From: a virus
Taxonomy: Duplodnaviria > Caudoviricetes
Strand: one strand, 5' to 3'
Virus record (IMG/VR): IMGVR_UViG_2767802123_000001
Location: 31,727 to 95,726 of that record
DNA: 64,000 bases
Under the pieces are notes generated by a model, which was not told where the DNA came from, did no database searches, and was given only the letters and a program-made list of their open reading frames with translations. Each line of letters starts with the position of its first letter. Positions within the stretch are counted from its first letter, which is position 1. The translations under genes and the position numbers were made by a program. Positions 10,169 to 19,392 of the stretch are shown here, piece by piece.

Positions 10169-10371
10169 GGTGCCATCCTTCGGTTGTGGGGCCGTGCTCT
10201 GACGGCCCGTTCCTGTGTTCCTGGTTCCTTGCTCTTGATCCGCGCCCTGGGAGACCAGCACCCGTAGTCGCCGATCATGGATTAATTAAACCTTAGTTGT
10301 GTGACGCACGCAACCCTCAGACACGACAAAACCCCGGAGCGTGAAGGCTCCGGGGTTCAACCGCGCGGCAT

Positions 10372-11049
10372 TCAGGACAGAGTGAGCGGGTGGCCCGGCG
10401 CGTAGACGGCCTCACCGACACCGATCACCGTGTTGCCGGTGACGTAGACGCTGCGCACCGTCAGCACCCCCCGGTCGTTGTCCAGGCCGAACTCCGCACG
10501 CTCTTCGTCCGTGGTGGTGCGGACGTCCGCTGTCTTGGACGCCACGCGGACCTCGTTGCCGGAACGGTCCTGGTAGAGAGCCTGCCAGGTGGGATCGCAG
10601 GCCCGGGGTTCGTCGATCTCGGGGACGTACTCGGCAACGTCCACGCGCACCCACGACTGCGATGCCTGGACGACGTCGCCTCCTCGGGCCACGGTGCGCA
10701 CGCGGTTCACGCACTCGCCCTCCCCGAGGAGTTCGGCGACCCAGTCGGGCGCCTGCACCCGCTCGCTGCGCTTGTGGTTGATCGTCTCGCCGGCCTGCGT
10801 GATGCCCTGAATGCGCTTCTCGCCCACGATGAGCCGGCGCCGGTCAGCGACGAACACCCCACGCCCCTGCTGGGAGGTGACGTACCCCTCGGCCTTCAGC
10901 AGCGCGATGCCACGATAGACCGCATTGTCGCTGATCATGAACTGCTTCATCAGTGCTGCGGTGGGCGGCAGTTGGTCTCCCGGCTTCAGAGTTCCCAGGT
11001 CAATGCGTGCCCTCAGGTACGAGACCATGCGCGCGACGGTGCCAGCCAT
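10372..11049 (-). CDS. GntR/HutC-family regulator (KorSA/TraR-like)
   Basis: LKPGDQLP...LKAEGYVTSQQGRGVFV wHTH plus UTRA-like C-terminus; GAGGAG RBS. Confidence 0.85.
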   Translation of the reverse strand: MAGTVARMVSYLRARIDLGTLKPGDQLPPTAALMKQFMISDNAVYRGIALLKAEGYVTSQQGRGVFVADRRRLIVGEKRIQGITQAGETINHKRSERVQAPDWVAELLGEGECVNRVRTVARGGDVVQASQSWVRVDVAEYVPEIDEPRACDPTWQALYQDRSGNEVRVASKTADVRTTTDEERAEFGLDNDRGVLTVRSVYVTGNTVIGVGEAVYAPGHPLTLS

Positions 11050-11183
11050 CAGTTTCTCCTCGGGTCTTCCTATCGGATGTGGTTGACGGTACATCAGCTG
11101 TGCCTTAGCTTCCTAGGAGGGTTCCTGTAGGAAGTCCCCCAGGGCATTCCCCTGAATTCGATAAATCACACACGGAGGACCGC

Positions 11184-11573
11184 ATGGCCGCCACCAGCAC
11201 TCTGTCCGACGTCAAGACGACCGCCCCGACTGCCCGTCGCGCGGCAGAGATCCACGCAGTGTGGATGGCCGACCCAGAGATGCCGGACGTGGCCGGGAGC
11301 ATGGCTGACGCCGTGCGTGTGCTGGCCGTACGGGCCGCCGTGCACGAGCGGACAGGCGACGCGCGGGCCGCCGCCCTGCCCGCTCCGGCGGCCGTGGAGC
11401 TGTCGGCGAGGGTGCTGGAGCGTCAGTTCCCCGAGCTGCGCTGGATCGCGGAGCGCACCGGGCACGTCCTGGTGCACGGGGCCGACGACGCCCGCTGGGC
11501 CCCCGGCGACTACACGCAGCAGGTGTACGTCGGTGCCTTCGGCGCGGTCGGCGGCCGACACTGGTCTGTGTGA
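11184..11573 (+). CDS. Hypothetical protein divergent from the GntR gene
   Basis: GGAGG RBS; hairpin at about 11586-11631. Confidence 0.65.
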   Translation: MAATSTLSDVKTTAPTARRAAEIHAVWMADPEMPDVAGSMADAVRVLAVRAAVHERTGDARAAALPAPAAVELSARVLERQFPELRWIAERTGHVLVHGADDARWAPGDYTQQVYVGAFGAVGGRHWSV

Positions 11574-11638
11574 CGATTTCGGGCACGACGAAGCCCCGGG
11601 ACCTGTGGTGGAGTCCCGGGGCTTCGTCGTGCCTGCGA

Positions 11639-11884
11639 TCAGTCGGAGAACCCAACGCCGAAAGGCATGGAGTCCGAGGGCAGCGCCCCGTCAGGTACCT
11701 CGGCGGTGAACGTCGCAGACGCCCCGTCCTCCGCGACCTCAACGGCGATGATCTTGCACCCACCCTCAATCGGCTGGCCCTCGATGTTCATCGGAACCGT
11801 CTTCCCGATTTGACTGTCAAAGACGTCCGGAGCGAAACGAGACCCCGGGTCGGCGGGCTGGCTGAACTGGACTTGTCGGCTCAC
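11639..11884 (-). CDS. Hypothetical protein
   Basis: GGGAG RBS; operator copy at 11907-11922. Confidence 0.6.
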   Translation of the reverse strand: MSRQVQFSQPADPGSRFAPDVFDSQIGKTVPMNIEGQPIEGGCKIIAVEVAEDGASATFTAEVPDGALPSDSMPFGVGFSD

Positions 11885-11925
11885 GGGTACTCCCTGCTTA
11901 GACGGGTGACTTGATTAAACCAGTG

Positions 11926-12441
11926 TCAGTGGGTGTTGCGGCCGGCCTCGGCGCAGGCGCCGCACGGGCGGCGGTGGCAGTCACCGCAGACGGCCGGCGG
12001 GTAGAAGCTGCGGGTCTCCTGACGCAGGTACCCGTTCTCGCAGGTGCAGGTGTGCACGCACGGAGCGGCCACGGCCTCCACCGGCCCGGCCGCCGGGATG
12101 ACGGCGATCATCTCGTCGGGGCGCACCGGGCAGTGCGGGTACAGCGTGATCCACGGGCCGTCGGCCCCGGCCGTCCACGCCTTGCAGCTCGGGCAGTCAA
12201 CCTCAAACGCGGCCGGCCGGGCAACGTAGGCGGCGTTCAGGTAGCTCACCCAGTTCAGACGGCTGCCGCGCCGCAGCGGCTGGTCCGCGTCCCCGACTAC
12301 GAGGTCTCCGGGCTGCACCTGGTCGGCGCGGACGATGGTCAGGCGGTCCAGGCTGTAGCCCTCGGGGAGGGGACGCAGGCCCCAGTCCTCATCGCGGACG
12401 CAGGCGACAGCGGGGGTCAGTTCGACGGCTACAGCGGTCAT
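11926..12441 (-). CDS. Cys-rich hypothetical protein
   Basis: Operator 12484-12499 and leader motif upstream; CxxC pairs. Confidence 0.65.
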   Translation of the reverse strand: MTAVAVELTPAVACVRDEDWGLRPLPEGYSLDRLTIVRADQVQPGDLVVGDADQPLRRGSRLNWVSYLNAAYVARPAAFEVDCPSCKAWTAGADGPWITLYPHCPVRPDEMIAVIPAAGPVEAVAAPCVHTCTCENGYLRQETRSFYPPAVCGDCHRRPCGACAEAGRNTH

Positions 12442-12537
12442 GGTCGGTTCCTTCTTTCCTTGGTCTGCCGGGCCCCTGCCCGATGACTTAATTAAATCAC
12501 AGTCCGGGCGGGGGTGCAACCTCGCACGCAGTAGGGG

Positions 12538-12714
12538 TCAGAGTGCGTGCACTCGCATAACCAGAACCTTCGCGGGTGCCGGGTTCGCGGTAACCAGGTC
12601 GGCACGCACGCTTTCGTGGGCGTCGACCGGACCCTTCGCTCGAACCACCCGCTGCCCGGTGCACCGTTCTCCATTGGGGCCGAGGATCAGGTACTTCGTC
12701 AGGTAGTTCTTCAC
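12538..12714 (-). CDS. Small hypothetical protein
   Basis: GGAGG RBS; GTGA overlap with the upstream gene. Confidence 0.55.
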   Translation of the reverse strand: MKNYLTKYLILGPNGERCTGQRVVRAKGPVDAHESVRADLVTANPAPAKVLVMRVHAL

Positions 12715-13244
12715 AGATCCTCCCCCGCGCCCGGGTCGGTGATGGTGACGCCGTCCCGGACGCGGGACAGGACCCGGTCGTACTCGCAGCGGGGGTCGTC
12801 CCAACCGCCTCCGCCGCCGTCCAGCGTCAGCGTCTTGGCGTTGACCCTCTTCACCCGGTAGGTGTCTTGGCAGGTCTCGAACGTGCGCACCGTGACGATG
12901 TCGCCGACCCGGAAGTCCGCCCGCTCCCACGGCCGGGACCGGGTGGCCACCTTCTCGGCTATCGCGTCCTTGGCGTCCGCCTTGGCCTTGGCGTGCTTCG
13001 CGTTGGCCTGCGCCTGCTTCGCCTTGGTGTACGCGACCAGCGCGCGGTCGGACGCCGCGTCCGCACGGTCCTTGGTACGCCGGGCGGAGCGGTAGGAGTG
13101 GTGGCCGGCGAGCAGCGGCTGCCCGCCGGCGAACCGGCCGTACATGCCGTCCGCCCGCTCACGCATCCCCTCGGCCTTGGCCGTAAGCCGGTCGGCCTGT
13201 TCCTGGAGTCGGTCAGCCCGGCGGCGCTCGGGTGAGGCGCCCAT
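12711..13244 (-). CDS. DUF3560-like protein
   Basis: GQPLLAGHHS motif; VKRVNAKTLTL. Confidence 0.6.
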   Translation of the reverse strand: MGASPERRRADRLQEQADRLTAKAEGMRERADGMYGRFAGGQPLLAGHHSYRSARRTKDRADAASDRALVAYTKAKQAQANAKHAKAKADAKDAIAEKVATRSRPWERADFRVGDIVTVRTFETCQDTYRVKRVNAKTLTLDGGGGGWDDPRCEYDRVLSRVRDGVTITDPGAGEDL

Positions 13245-13510
13245 CAGACGGCCCGACGCTTCGGCGCTCGGCGGACGTTCTGGACGACGTAGTCCTCCGG
13301 GTTCTCGGAGTCGAGCGCCCAGGTCTGGCCGGTACGCTCCATCTCCGCACGATGCTTGGCGTTCTTCTCCTTGCGGAAGGCCACCGTCTCGGCGACCGCG
13401 ACCCGCACGGCCTCGTCCTTGTCCGCCGCCTGCACCACGCGGGTGCCGGCTCCGATCCGGCCGCCCTTCGGGTGGCGGATCTCGATCAGGACCCGGAAGG
13501 TCTCGCTCAT
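13244..13510 (-). CDS. Hypothetical protein
   Basis: Operator 13558-13573 and leader upstream. Confidence 0.65.
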   Translation of the reverse strand: MSETFRVLIEIRHPKGGRIGAGTRVVQAADKDEAVRVAVAETVAFRKEKNAKHRAEMERTGQTWALDSENPEDYVVQNVRRAPKRRAV

Positions 13511-13639
13511 GCTGGGTTCCTCTTTCCTTGGTCTGTCGGGCCGTTCGTCCTGCCCGATGACTTAATTAAATCATAGGTCTGTGAGGTGAACAACCCGGAG
13601 GATGCCACGGAACAGGGTTCCCGCAGAATCGCTCTAGGC

Positions 13640-13667
13640 GAAGCGCAAAACGTGTGTTTTGAGCACG
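13640..13667. other. Candidate tyrosine-recombinase core site
   Basis: GCGCAAAA-CGTGTG-TTTTGAGC: inverted arms (7/8 match) with a 6-bp spacer just upstream of the recombinase. Confidence 0.45.
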
Positions 13668-13698
13668 CCCGAACCGGCCTCCGGATAGGCTCAGCGAT

Positions 13699-14784
13699 GT
13701 GACGATCATGACGGCGGCAGGGGCCGGCACGATCGCGGCCGACGGGAACGTGGCGCTGCGCACCGTGCTGGGCCTGCGCGAGAAACTGGGCACGGTCGCT
13801 CCGCGCGACCCGAAGAACCGCCGGCTCGGACCGCGCGTCCACCGGCTCGACCTCCTCCACGAGCTGTGCGCGCCGGAGACGTTCGAGCACGTCGTGGGGT
13901 GGCTGAACTCCGAACGGCTCACCAGCAACGGCACCCGGCGCGAGTACGCCGACGACGTCCGCCACTGGGCACGTGCTGCCCGGGAGCTGGTTGGCACCGA
14001 GCCCTTCTACCTCGGGGCGATCACCTCCGATGTGATCCCGGCGTGGCGCGCGTGGACCGGGGACATCGGGCTCGGGCCACGGCGGGTCAACCGCCTGGCT
14101 TCGTCGCTGACTTCGCTCATCGAGTACACCAAGTTCCGCACCCGGCTGGAGATCATCAACCCGATCACCAGGTACGACCGGCCGGTGATCGACCCGCACG
14201 ACGAGACGTCCATGACGCCGATCCTTGAAGTGCCGGAATTCCAGGCCGTGGTGGAGCAGGCGCAGACCCCACGTCAGGCCCTCGTGCCGGTGCTCATCTA
14301 CACCCTGGCCGGCCGTGTCTCGGAGTGCTGCGCGGCCGGCATGCACCACATGAAGCCGTCCGGCGGGGAGTGCAAGCTGGACCTGACCCGCAAGGGCGGC
14401 AAGGGCCGCGTGTTCACTCTCCCGCCGAAGCTGTGTGAACTCGGGGCCGTGTGCTGGCAGGGCCGGACCTCCGGGCCGCTGCTGCTCGATGACGACGACC
14501 GGCCGATGGACCGGCACGCGGTGGACCGGCTGTTGAACCGCCTCGGCCGCGCGGCCGGTGTGCTGCCGGGCCGGGACCTCACTCCGCATGTCCTGCGGGC
14601 CAGCAAGCTCACCCACATGTACGACCAGGGTGTGAAGCCCGACGACATCCGCCGGTTCGCCGACCACAGCCAGGTCGCCACGACCATGCGGTACATCAGG
14701 CGCCGGGACGATGAGGCGCTGAAGCGGACACACGCAGCGGCGGCCGTGAAGGTCTACGAGGGTTTGGTCGACCGGTTCTTGTGA
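13699..14784 (+). CDS. Tyrosine recombinase (integrase/resolvase)
   Basis: Catalytic set GRVSE, RKGGK, HVLR, DHS, TMRY. Confidence 0.9.
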   Translation: MTIMTAAGAGTIAADGNVALRTVLGLREKLGTVAPRDPKNRRLGPRVHRLDLLHELCAPETFEHVVGWLNSERLTSNGTRREYADDVRHWARAARELVGTEPFYLGAITSDVIPAWRAWTGDIGLGPRRVNRLASSLTSLIEYTKFRTRLEIINPITRYDRPVIDPHDETSMTPILEVPEFQAVVEQAQTPRQALVPVLIYTLAGRVSECCAAGMHHMKPSGGECKLDLTRKGGKGRVFTLPPKLCELGAVCWQGRTSGPLLLDDDDRPMDRHAVDRLLNRLGRAAGVLPGRDLTPHVLRASKLTHMYDQGVKPDDIRRFADHSQVATTMRYIRRRDDEALKRTHAAAAVKVYEGLVDRFL

Positions 14785-14838
14785 CACGACGAAGCCCCGG
14801 AGTCACGGGACTCCGGGGCTGGTCTACGGGTGTGAGTG

Positions 14839-15012
14839 TCAGTCCTCGTCACCGTCGCAGGTGTGTCCGTAGACGACTCGTCGGACGTCCGACTCGTTGG
14901 TGATCAGGTCGTACGCCATGCCGGAGCGCCAGCCGCACGGCGTGTGGGTCAGGTGGTGGAGAGACCACCAGCCGGACGCCTTGTCAGCTTCCCAGTCCGC
15001 AGGGAGTCGCAT
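14839..15012 (-). CDS. 57-aa hypothetical protein
   Basis: MRLPADWEADKASGWWSLHH...; GACCAAGGAGGG leader and operator 15041-15056. Confidence 0.6.
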   Translation of the reverse strand: MRLPADWEADKASGWWSLHHLTHTPCGWRSGMAYDLITNESDVRRVVYGHTCDGDED

Positions 15013-15087
15013 GGTCAGTTCCCTCCTTGGTCAGTGTTCCTGATTTGATTAAATCATACCCCGGCCCGGGCCGACAACCCTTCCGCG

Positions 15088-15487
15088 TCATCTGCCAGGC
15101 GCGCTGAAGACGACCGTGCACCCGGCGGTGTCCAGTGCGGCGCCGATCTGGTCCCGCTCGGCGGCCGTCAGCGGGCGAGTGCTGTCCCACTCATTGCGCG
15201 GGTCCCAGCCGAATAGGGCGATGGGGTCCTCGCGTCTCGGGCGCCGCCTCGACAGGGACGCCAGCGACTCGGGCCAGGACTGCGGCGGCGTACGGGTTCG
15301 GCGCGTAGACGCCGGGGAGGATCAGCGCGCAGTCGGACATGGCGATGCGCAGGCGCGAGCCGTCGGTGAGGAACGCACGACCGACGCCGTGCGGGCCCAG
15401 GGCTTTCTCCGCCGTGGCGATCCGGTCACCCCACTCCGCGCGGCCGTCGGGGTGGATCAGGACGTAGACGGGTTCCGTGGTCGTCAT
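15088..15487 (-). pseudogene. Hypothetical gene with apparent frameshift near 15225
   Basis: The frame stops at 15191, but a protein-like continuation (IALFGWDPRNEWDSTRPL...) runs in the next frame after GGACCCC. Confidence 0.45.
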
Positions 15488-15524
15488 GGTCCGCACGCTA
15501 CCGTGACGCACTGACAGCGGGCGG

Positions 15525-16133
15525 TCACTTGAGCAATTGAGCCACGATCGGGCCGGCGGCATCGTTGACGTGCTGCGCGACGACGGCAACCGTCAGCATG
15601 GCCTCGGTGACCAGCGTCGGCCCCTCGTATGCAGTAGGGGTCACCAGGCCAGACCACTCACGTCCGGAAACGCGGACGACGGCCGATGCGAGAACTGCGG
15701 GCCGCTTGGTGTCGTCGGGCTCCCGTACACCGGGGTACTCGCCGCTGTCGCCCCAGCCTCGGTCCTCAGTCCAGTCCTGCCAGGAGTGCGGGAACCGCTT
15801 CGCTCCACCGCCGATCTGGTGGTGATCGAGGGGTATGCGGATCTCGGCATACAGGCCGTGGTCGTCCTCGTCGCGGTGCAGCGAGATGCCGCGAAGGTCC
15901 GGGCGGGTCCGCACGTACCCCGGGGCCATGATGGGCCCAGAGGCCACTGTCCAGGCGTGCACTGCGAACTCTGCCGGGTCATCGACCGGGGCAGGTTCGT
16001 CGGTCCAACTGCTCCGGAACAGCCCGTTGTTCAGGCGCAGGTATTCCGCGTACCGGGAGTACCCGTTGCTGGCGTGCTCCCGGTCGTAGACGTCGTCGAC
16101 AGCGGCCAGTGTCGTCTCGTTCCAGGAGGTCAT
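15525..16133 (-). CDS. Hypothetical protein
   Basis: 202 aa, GGAGG RBS, ATGA overlap. Confidence 0.7.
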   Translation of the reverse strand: MTSWNETTLAAVDDVYDREHASNGYSRYAEYLRLNNGLFRSSWTDEPAPVDDPAEFAVHAWTVASGPIMAPGYVRTRPDLRGISLHRDEDDHGLYAEIRIPLDHHQIGGGAKRFPHSWQDWTEDRGWGDSGEYPGVREPDDTKRPAVLASAVVRVSGREWSGLVTPTAYEGPTLVTEAMLTVAVVAQHVNDAAGPIVAQLLK

Positions 16134-16381
16134 CGCCGGGCCTCCCGCGCACCGACCTGGACACCGTCCAGAAAGGCGTACGCGTTGGCGAGGCTCATGG
16201 GCGTCAGCCCACTGCTTCCGACATGGACCGCGTACTGGCCTTCTTCCAGGTCACTCACGTAGATGCGCAGCCCGGTCTCCGCAGCAACGACACCGGCGGA
16301 CCATTCGAGCTGCACGTGAGGCGGCCAGCTCTCGTTGTACGGGGGCTCGTGGCTGCCGTCAGGGTTCCTCGTAACGTTCAC
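16130..16381 (-). CDS. Hypothetical protein
   Basis: Coupled to the downstream gene. Confidence 0.55.
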   Translation of the reverse strand: MNVTRNPDGSHEPPYNESWPPHVQLEWSAGVVAAETGLRIYVSDLEEGQYAVHVGSSGLTPMSLANAYAFLDGVQVGAREARR

Positions 16382-16426
16382 GGTCGCAGGCTATCGCCCA
16401 GCAGCAGTCGTCCGGGGCGGTTCCGG

Positions 16427-16858
16427 TCAGGCCCACTCGCGCGAAGCGAGCAGTGCGGCACCGGCCCACACCGCACCCCAGACGAGCACCGGCGCCGGGA
16501 CGCCGACGGTGAGGGCAACGGCGACCGTCACGGCGGCGGACAGCCACCCGGACACGCACCACGGGCAGGTGATCAGCTCGGCGAGCCAGTACGGCGACCA
16601 CTTCGCCCGGCGCACGTACCGGTTCGTCCGGCCGTCGATGAGCGTCAGCGTGCCGAGGGCCGGGTGGCGGACGAACGGCTCGTCATCGGACGGCTGAGGG
16701 ACCGCGTGCCGCTCCTGCTCTTTGTCCGTCAGTGGGCGCCATCCGCCGGCGAGGCGGTCGCGCAGCCAGAGCACCGGCGGGAACGTGTCTTTCATGGCGA
16801 GCCGGGAAGCGCGGTAGCTCGCGAGGATCATGCAGGCGATGAGCAGCCAGGTGGGCAC
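16427..16858 (-). CDS. DUF1360-like membrane protein
   Basis: YRASRL...DTFP and ELITCPWCVSGW motifs; hydrophobic ends. Confidence 0.7.
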   Translation of the reverse strand: MPTWLLIACMILASYRASRLAMKDTFPPVLWLRDRLAGGWRPLTDKEQERHAVPQPSDDEPFVRHPALGTLTLIDGRTNRYVRRAKWSPYWLAELITCPWCVSGWLSAAVTVAVALTVGVPAPVLVWGAVWAGAALLASREWA

Positions 16859-16972
16859 GGTCTTGGCTCCATGGTCCGTGGACGGGACGCCCTGTCGGGC
16901 GACGATTGGAGGTGGTCACCAGGCCGAGCGCCCCGCCGTAGGTGAGACGTTGCGCCCGGTGGCCTGGTTGCG

Positions 16973-17338
16973 TCAAGCGACGAGCTTCCCCGGAGGGGAC
17001 ACGTCTGCGGGCTGCGGCGCGATGACGTTCGGCCGGGTCACGAACCAGGCGACGAGCAGCATGATTGCGCCGACGAGCTGCGCCTGCGTTTCGGTGCTCC
17101 AGTCGAACCCGAAGTACGCGACGAGCGACACCCCGGCGACTATGAGGCCGTTGACGGCCGCGATGATCCCGTCCCCGACCTGGACGGCGACGATGATGCC
17201 GAGCACGGCCGCAACGGTGGCCGTGATGATGGACTGGAGCTTGGGGTCGAACCCGAGGCCGAAGGCGCTCAGGATCTGCCACACCGCTCCGACGGCCGCC
17301 AGCCACACGGCCGGCTCCCGCCCGTACACCTTGCCCAT
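16973..17338 (-). CDS. Holin
   Basis: 121 aa, about 4 TM segments, GREPAVW N-terminus, GGAGG RBS, late promoter. Confidence 0.7.
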   Translation of the reverse strand: MGKVYGREPAVWLAAVGAVWQILSAFGLGFDPKLQSIITATVAAVLGIIVAVQVGDGIIAAVNGLIVAGVSLVAYFGFDWSTETQAQLVGAIMLLVAWFVTRPNVIAPQPADVSPPGKLVA

Positions 17339-17455
17339 GATTCCTCCCGAGGAAGAGACCCGGGCAGGGTAGGGCAGATCCGCCGATTCACCATCTCAGA
17401 GCACGACAAAGCCCCGGGCCGCGAGGGCGCCGGGGCTTCGGTGTTGGACGTCGGG

Positions 17456-18370
17456 TCAGTGCGCCCGAACGACTTGACCCACAGCCCACGCGAGAGCAGC
17501 GCGCAGGGCCTCGGTCTCCTTCAGGCGGGGTCGCAGGCTCGGGTCCGGATCGGTCAGCTCTTCGAACTCGATGGGGTTCAAGCGCCGCCGGGTACCTTCG
17601 TCCAGCTCCCGGTCGTCGTGCGGTCCTGTCACCAGGGCCAGACTGTGTGACGGCTTGAACTCGAAGGGGTTTCGGTGAAGGTGCCTCGTGACGATCGTGC
17701 TCTCAGTGAGCAGGAGCTTCAACTTCCCGGTGTTGATGCGCCCAATCTCTTCAGCCACGACGAAGCGGACGCCGCGCAGGTCCCCAGCCAGGGGCCAATT
17801 GACCGAGTACAGCGCGTGGCTCCCGAGGGCATCGCACAGCGGCCGAAGGAACGTCGACTTCCCGGACGACCCCGGGCCGTGCAGGACGGCGGCCGAATCG
17901 GCAGGTTCTCCGGTTACGGCCCTCGCGACGAAGGACCCGAGCGGGGAGGACGCGCCGGACGGCAGGCTTGCGAGCACTTGGTCCCAGGCAGGGCTCTGAG
18001 CGTCGGGGTTGTAGTCGACGGCTGCCACCTTGGTCAGTCGCAAGGTGGGGTCGTGCGGGTGCAGCGTTCCGGTGAAGAGGTCCACCACACCGTTCTGCAC
18101 GTTGAGCAGACCCGGGTGGCTGTCCAGGGTCTGCACGTCAATCTCCAGAACAACCTGGAGCTGACGGAGGATCGTACGGACGTGCCTGTCAGAGAGTCGG
18201 CGGTGCCCGTGCGCTTCCCGCCACTGGTTCACCCTGTCGGCCGCCTCGTCCGCGCCGAACTGCGTCACCCAGACCTTGCCGTCCCAGTACAGCCATCCGA
18301 GGCCCGGGTTCCAGGCGAGTTCGCTTTCAAGGTCGTCCGCCATCTCACGGAGGTTGGGGTCAAGGTCCAT
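17456..18370 (-). CDS. Short D5/P4-family primase-helicase-like ATPase
   Basis: WLYWDGKVW, LNVQNGVVDL, Walker A GPGSSGKST. Confidence 0.75.
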   Translation of the reverse strand: MDLDPNLREMADDLESELAWNPGLGWLYWDGKVWVTQFGADEAADRVNQWREAHGHRRLSDRHVRTILRQLQVVLEIDVQTLDSHPGLLNVQNGVVDLFTGTLHPHDPTLRLTKVAAVDYNPDAQSPAWDQVLASLPSGASSPLGSFVARAVTGEPADSAAVLHGPGSSGKSTFLRPLCDALGSHALYSVNWPLAGDLRGVRFVVAEEIGRINTGKLKLLLTESTIVTRHLHRNPFEFKPSHSLALVTGPHDDRELDEGTRRRLNPIEFEELTDPDPSLRPRLKETEALRAALAWAVGQVVRAH

Positions 18371-18449
18371 GGTCTGCTCCTCTGTTCCGTGGTCGGGATG
18401 AATTTACTAAACCATGCTTCCGTCAGCCGGACAACCCCGCGTCACCCGA

Positions 18450-18726
18450 TCAGGGCTGAACCCGCTCCAGGGCGCGGTCCAGCTTGGCCTCGATGCGCTC
18501 CAGGTCCCGGGCGTCGGCCTTGAACATGACGTGCTTGGCGCCGAGCAGAAGCACAGCCTGGAACACGAGTTGCAGCCACTCGGACTGCCAATTCTCGAAC
18601 GTCGCCGCCCAGAACTCCGACCAGCCCTCTTGGTCGATCTTGGGCTGCATGGCGATGAGCTGTCCGGCCCACGAGCCTAGGAACAGCAGGGCGAGGATGT
18701 AGACCGCGCCCCAGCGGCGGAAGTGA
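18450..18726 (-). CDS. DUF6766-like small membrane protein
   Basis: TFENWQSEWLQ motif; late promoter upstream. Confidence 0.6.
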
Positions 18727-18842
18727 CGCACCGACCCTCCCGAGGTAGACCCGGGCAGGGTAAGGCAGGTCAGTCGATTCGCCGACTCGCCGTCAGGCAC
18801 GGCGAAGCCCCGGACCGCGAGGGCGCCGGGGCTTCAGGTGGA

Positions 18843-19322
18843 TCAGTGGCTGCGCTCGGCGGTCCACTGCTCGCGACGGCGGCGCAACTCGTCCTTGGCC
18901 GACTCCAGCCATGCGGCCTCGGCCTCGGCGCTGCCCAGGTCGGTGGTCAGCATGACCCGGCTGAAGACCCGGGTGTCCTCGAACGTCGGCGGGACGCGGC
19001 CGGCCAGGGCCTCGCGGGCGGCCTGCGCCTTGGCCGGGTCCGGCTCGGCCGGTCGCAGCTCGGGGCTGTTGCGGCTGGTAACGTCGCCCGGCTCCAGCAG
19101 CGGGACCGAGCCGTCGGTGGCCTTGTCGTACCAGTGGCTGGACGGTTCGCCGGTGACGTCGTCGTCTGCGATGAGCAGGGGCACGGCGTCCAGGCTCACC
19201 GGGTCCACGTAATAGGCGACCAGCGTGAAGTGGTCGTTCTCATCGACGAAGCGTGTACCGAGCGGCTGCCGGTCAGCGAACGGATACGGGCCGTCCTCGG
19301 TGATGGGCCTGGGCGCGGTCAT
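18843..19322 (-). CDS. Hypothetical protein
   Basis: Operator 19350-19365 and leader upstream. Confidence 0.65.
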   Translation of the reverse strand: MTAPRPITEDGPYPFADRQPLGTRFVDENDHFTLVAYYVDPVSLDAVPLLIADDDVTGEPSSHWYDKATDGSVPLLEPGDVTSRNSPELRPAEPDPAKAQAAREALAGRVPPTFEDTRVFSRVMLTTDLGSAEAEAAWLESAKDELRRRREQWTAERSH

Positions 19323-19392
19323 CTGACTCTCCTCGTTCCGTGGTCACTATGAATTAACTAAACCATAGCCCGTGTGCCCGCACAACCCCGCG

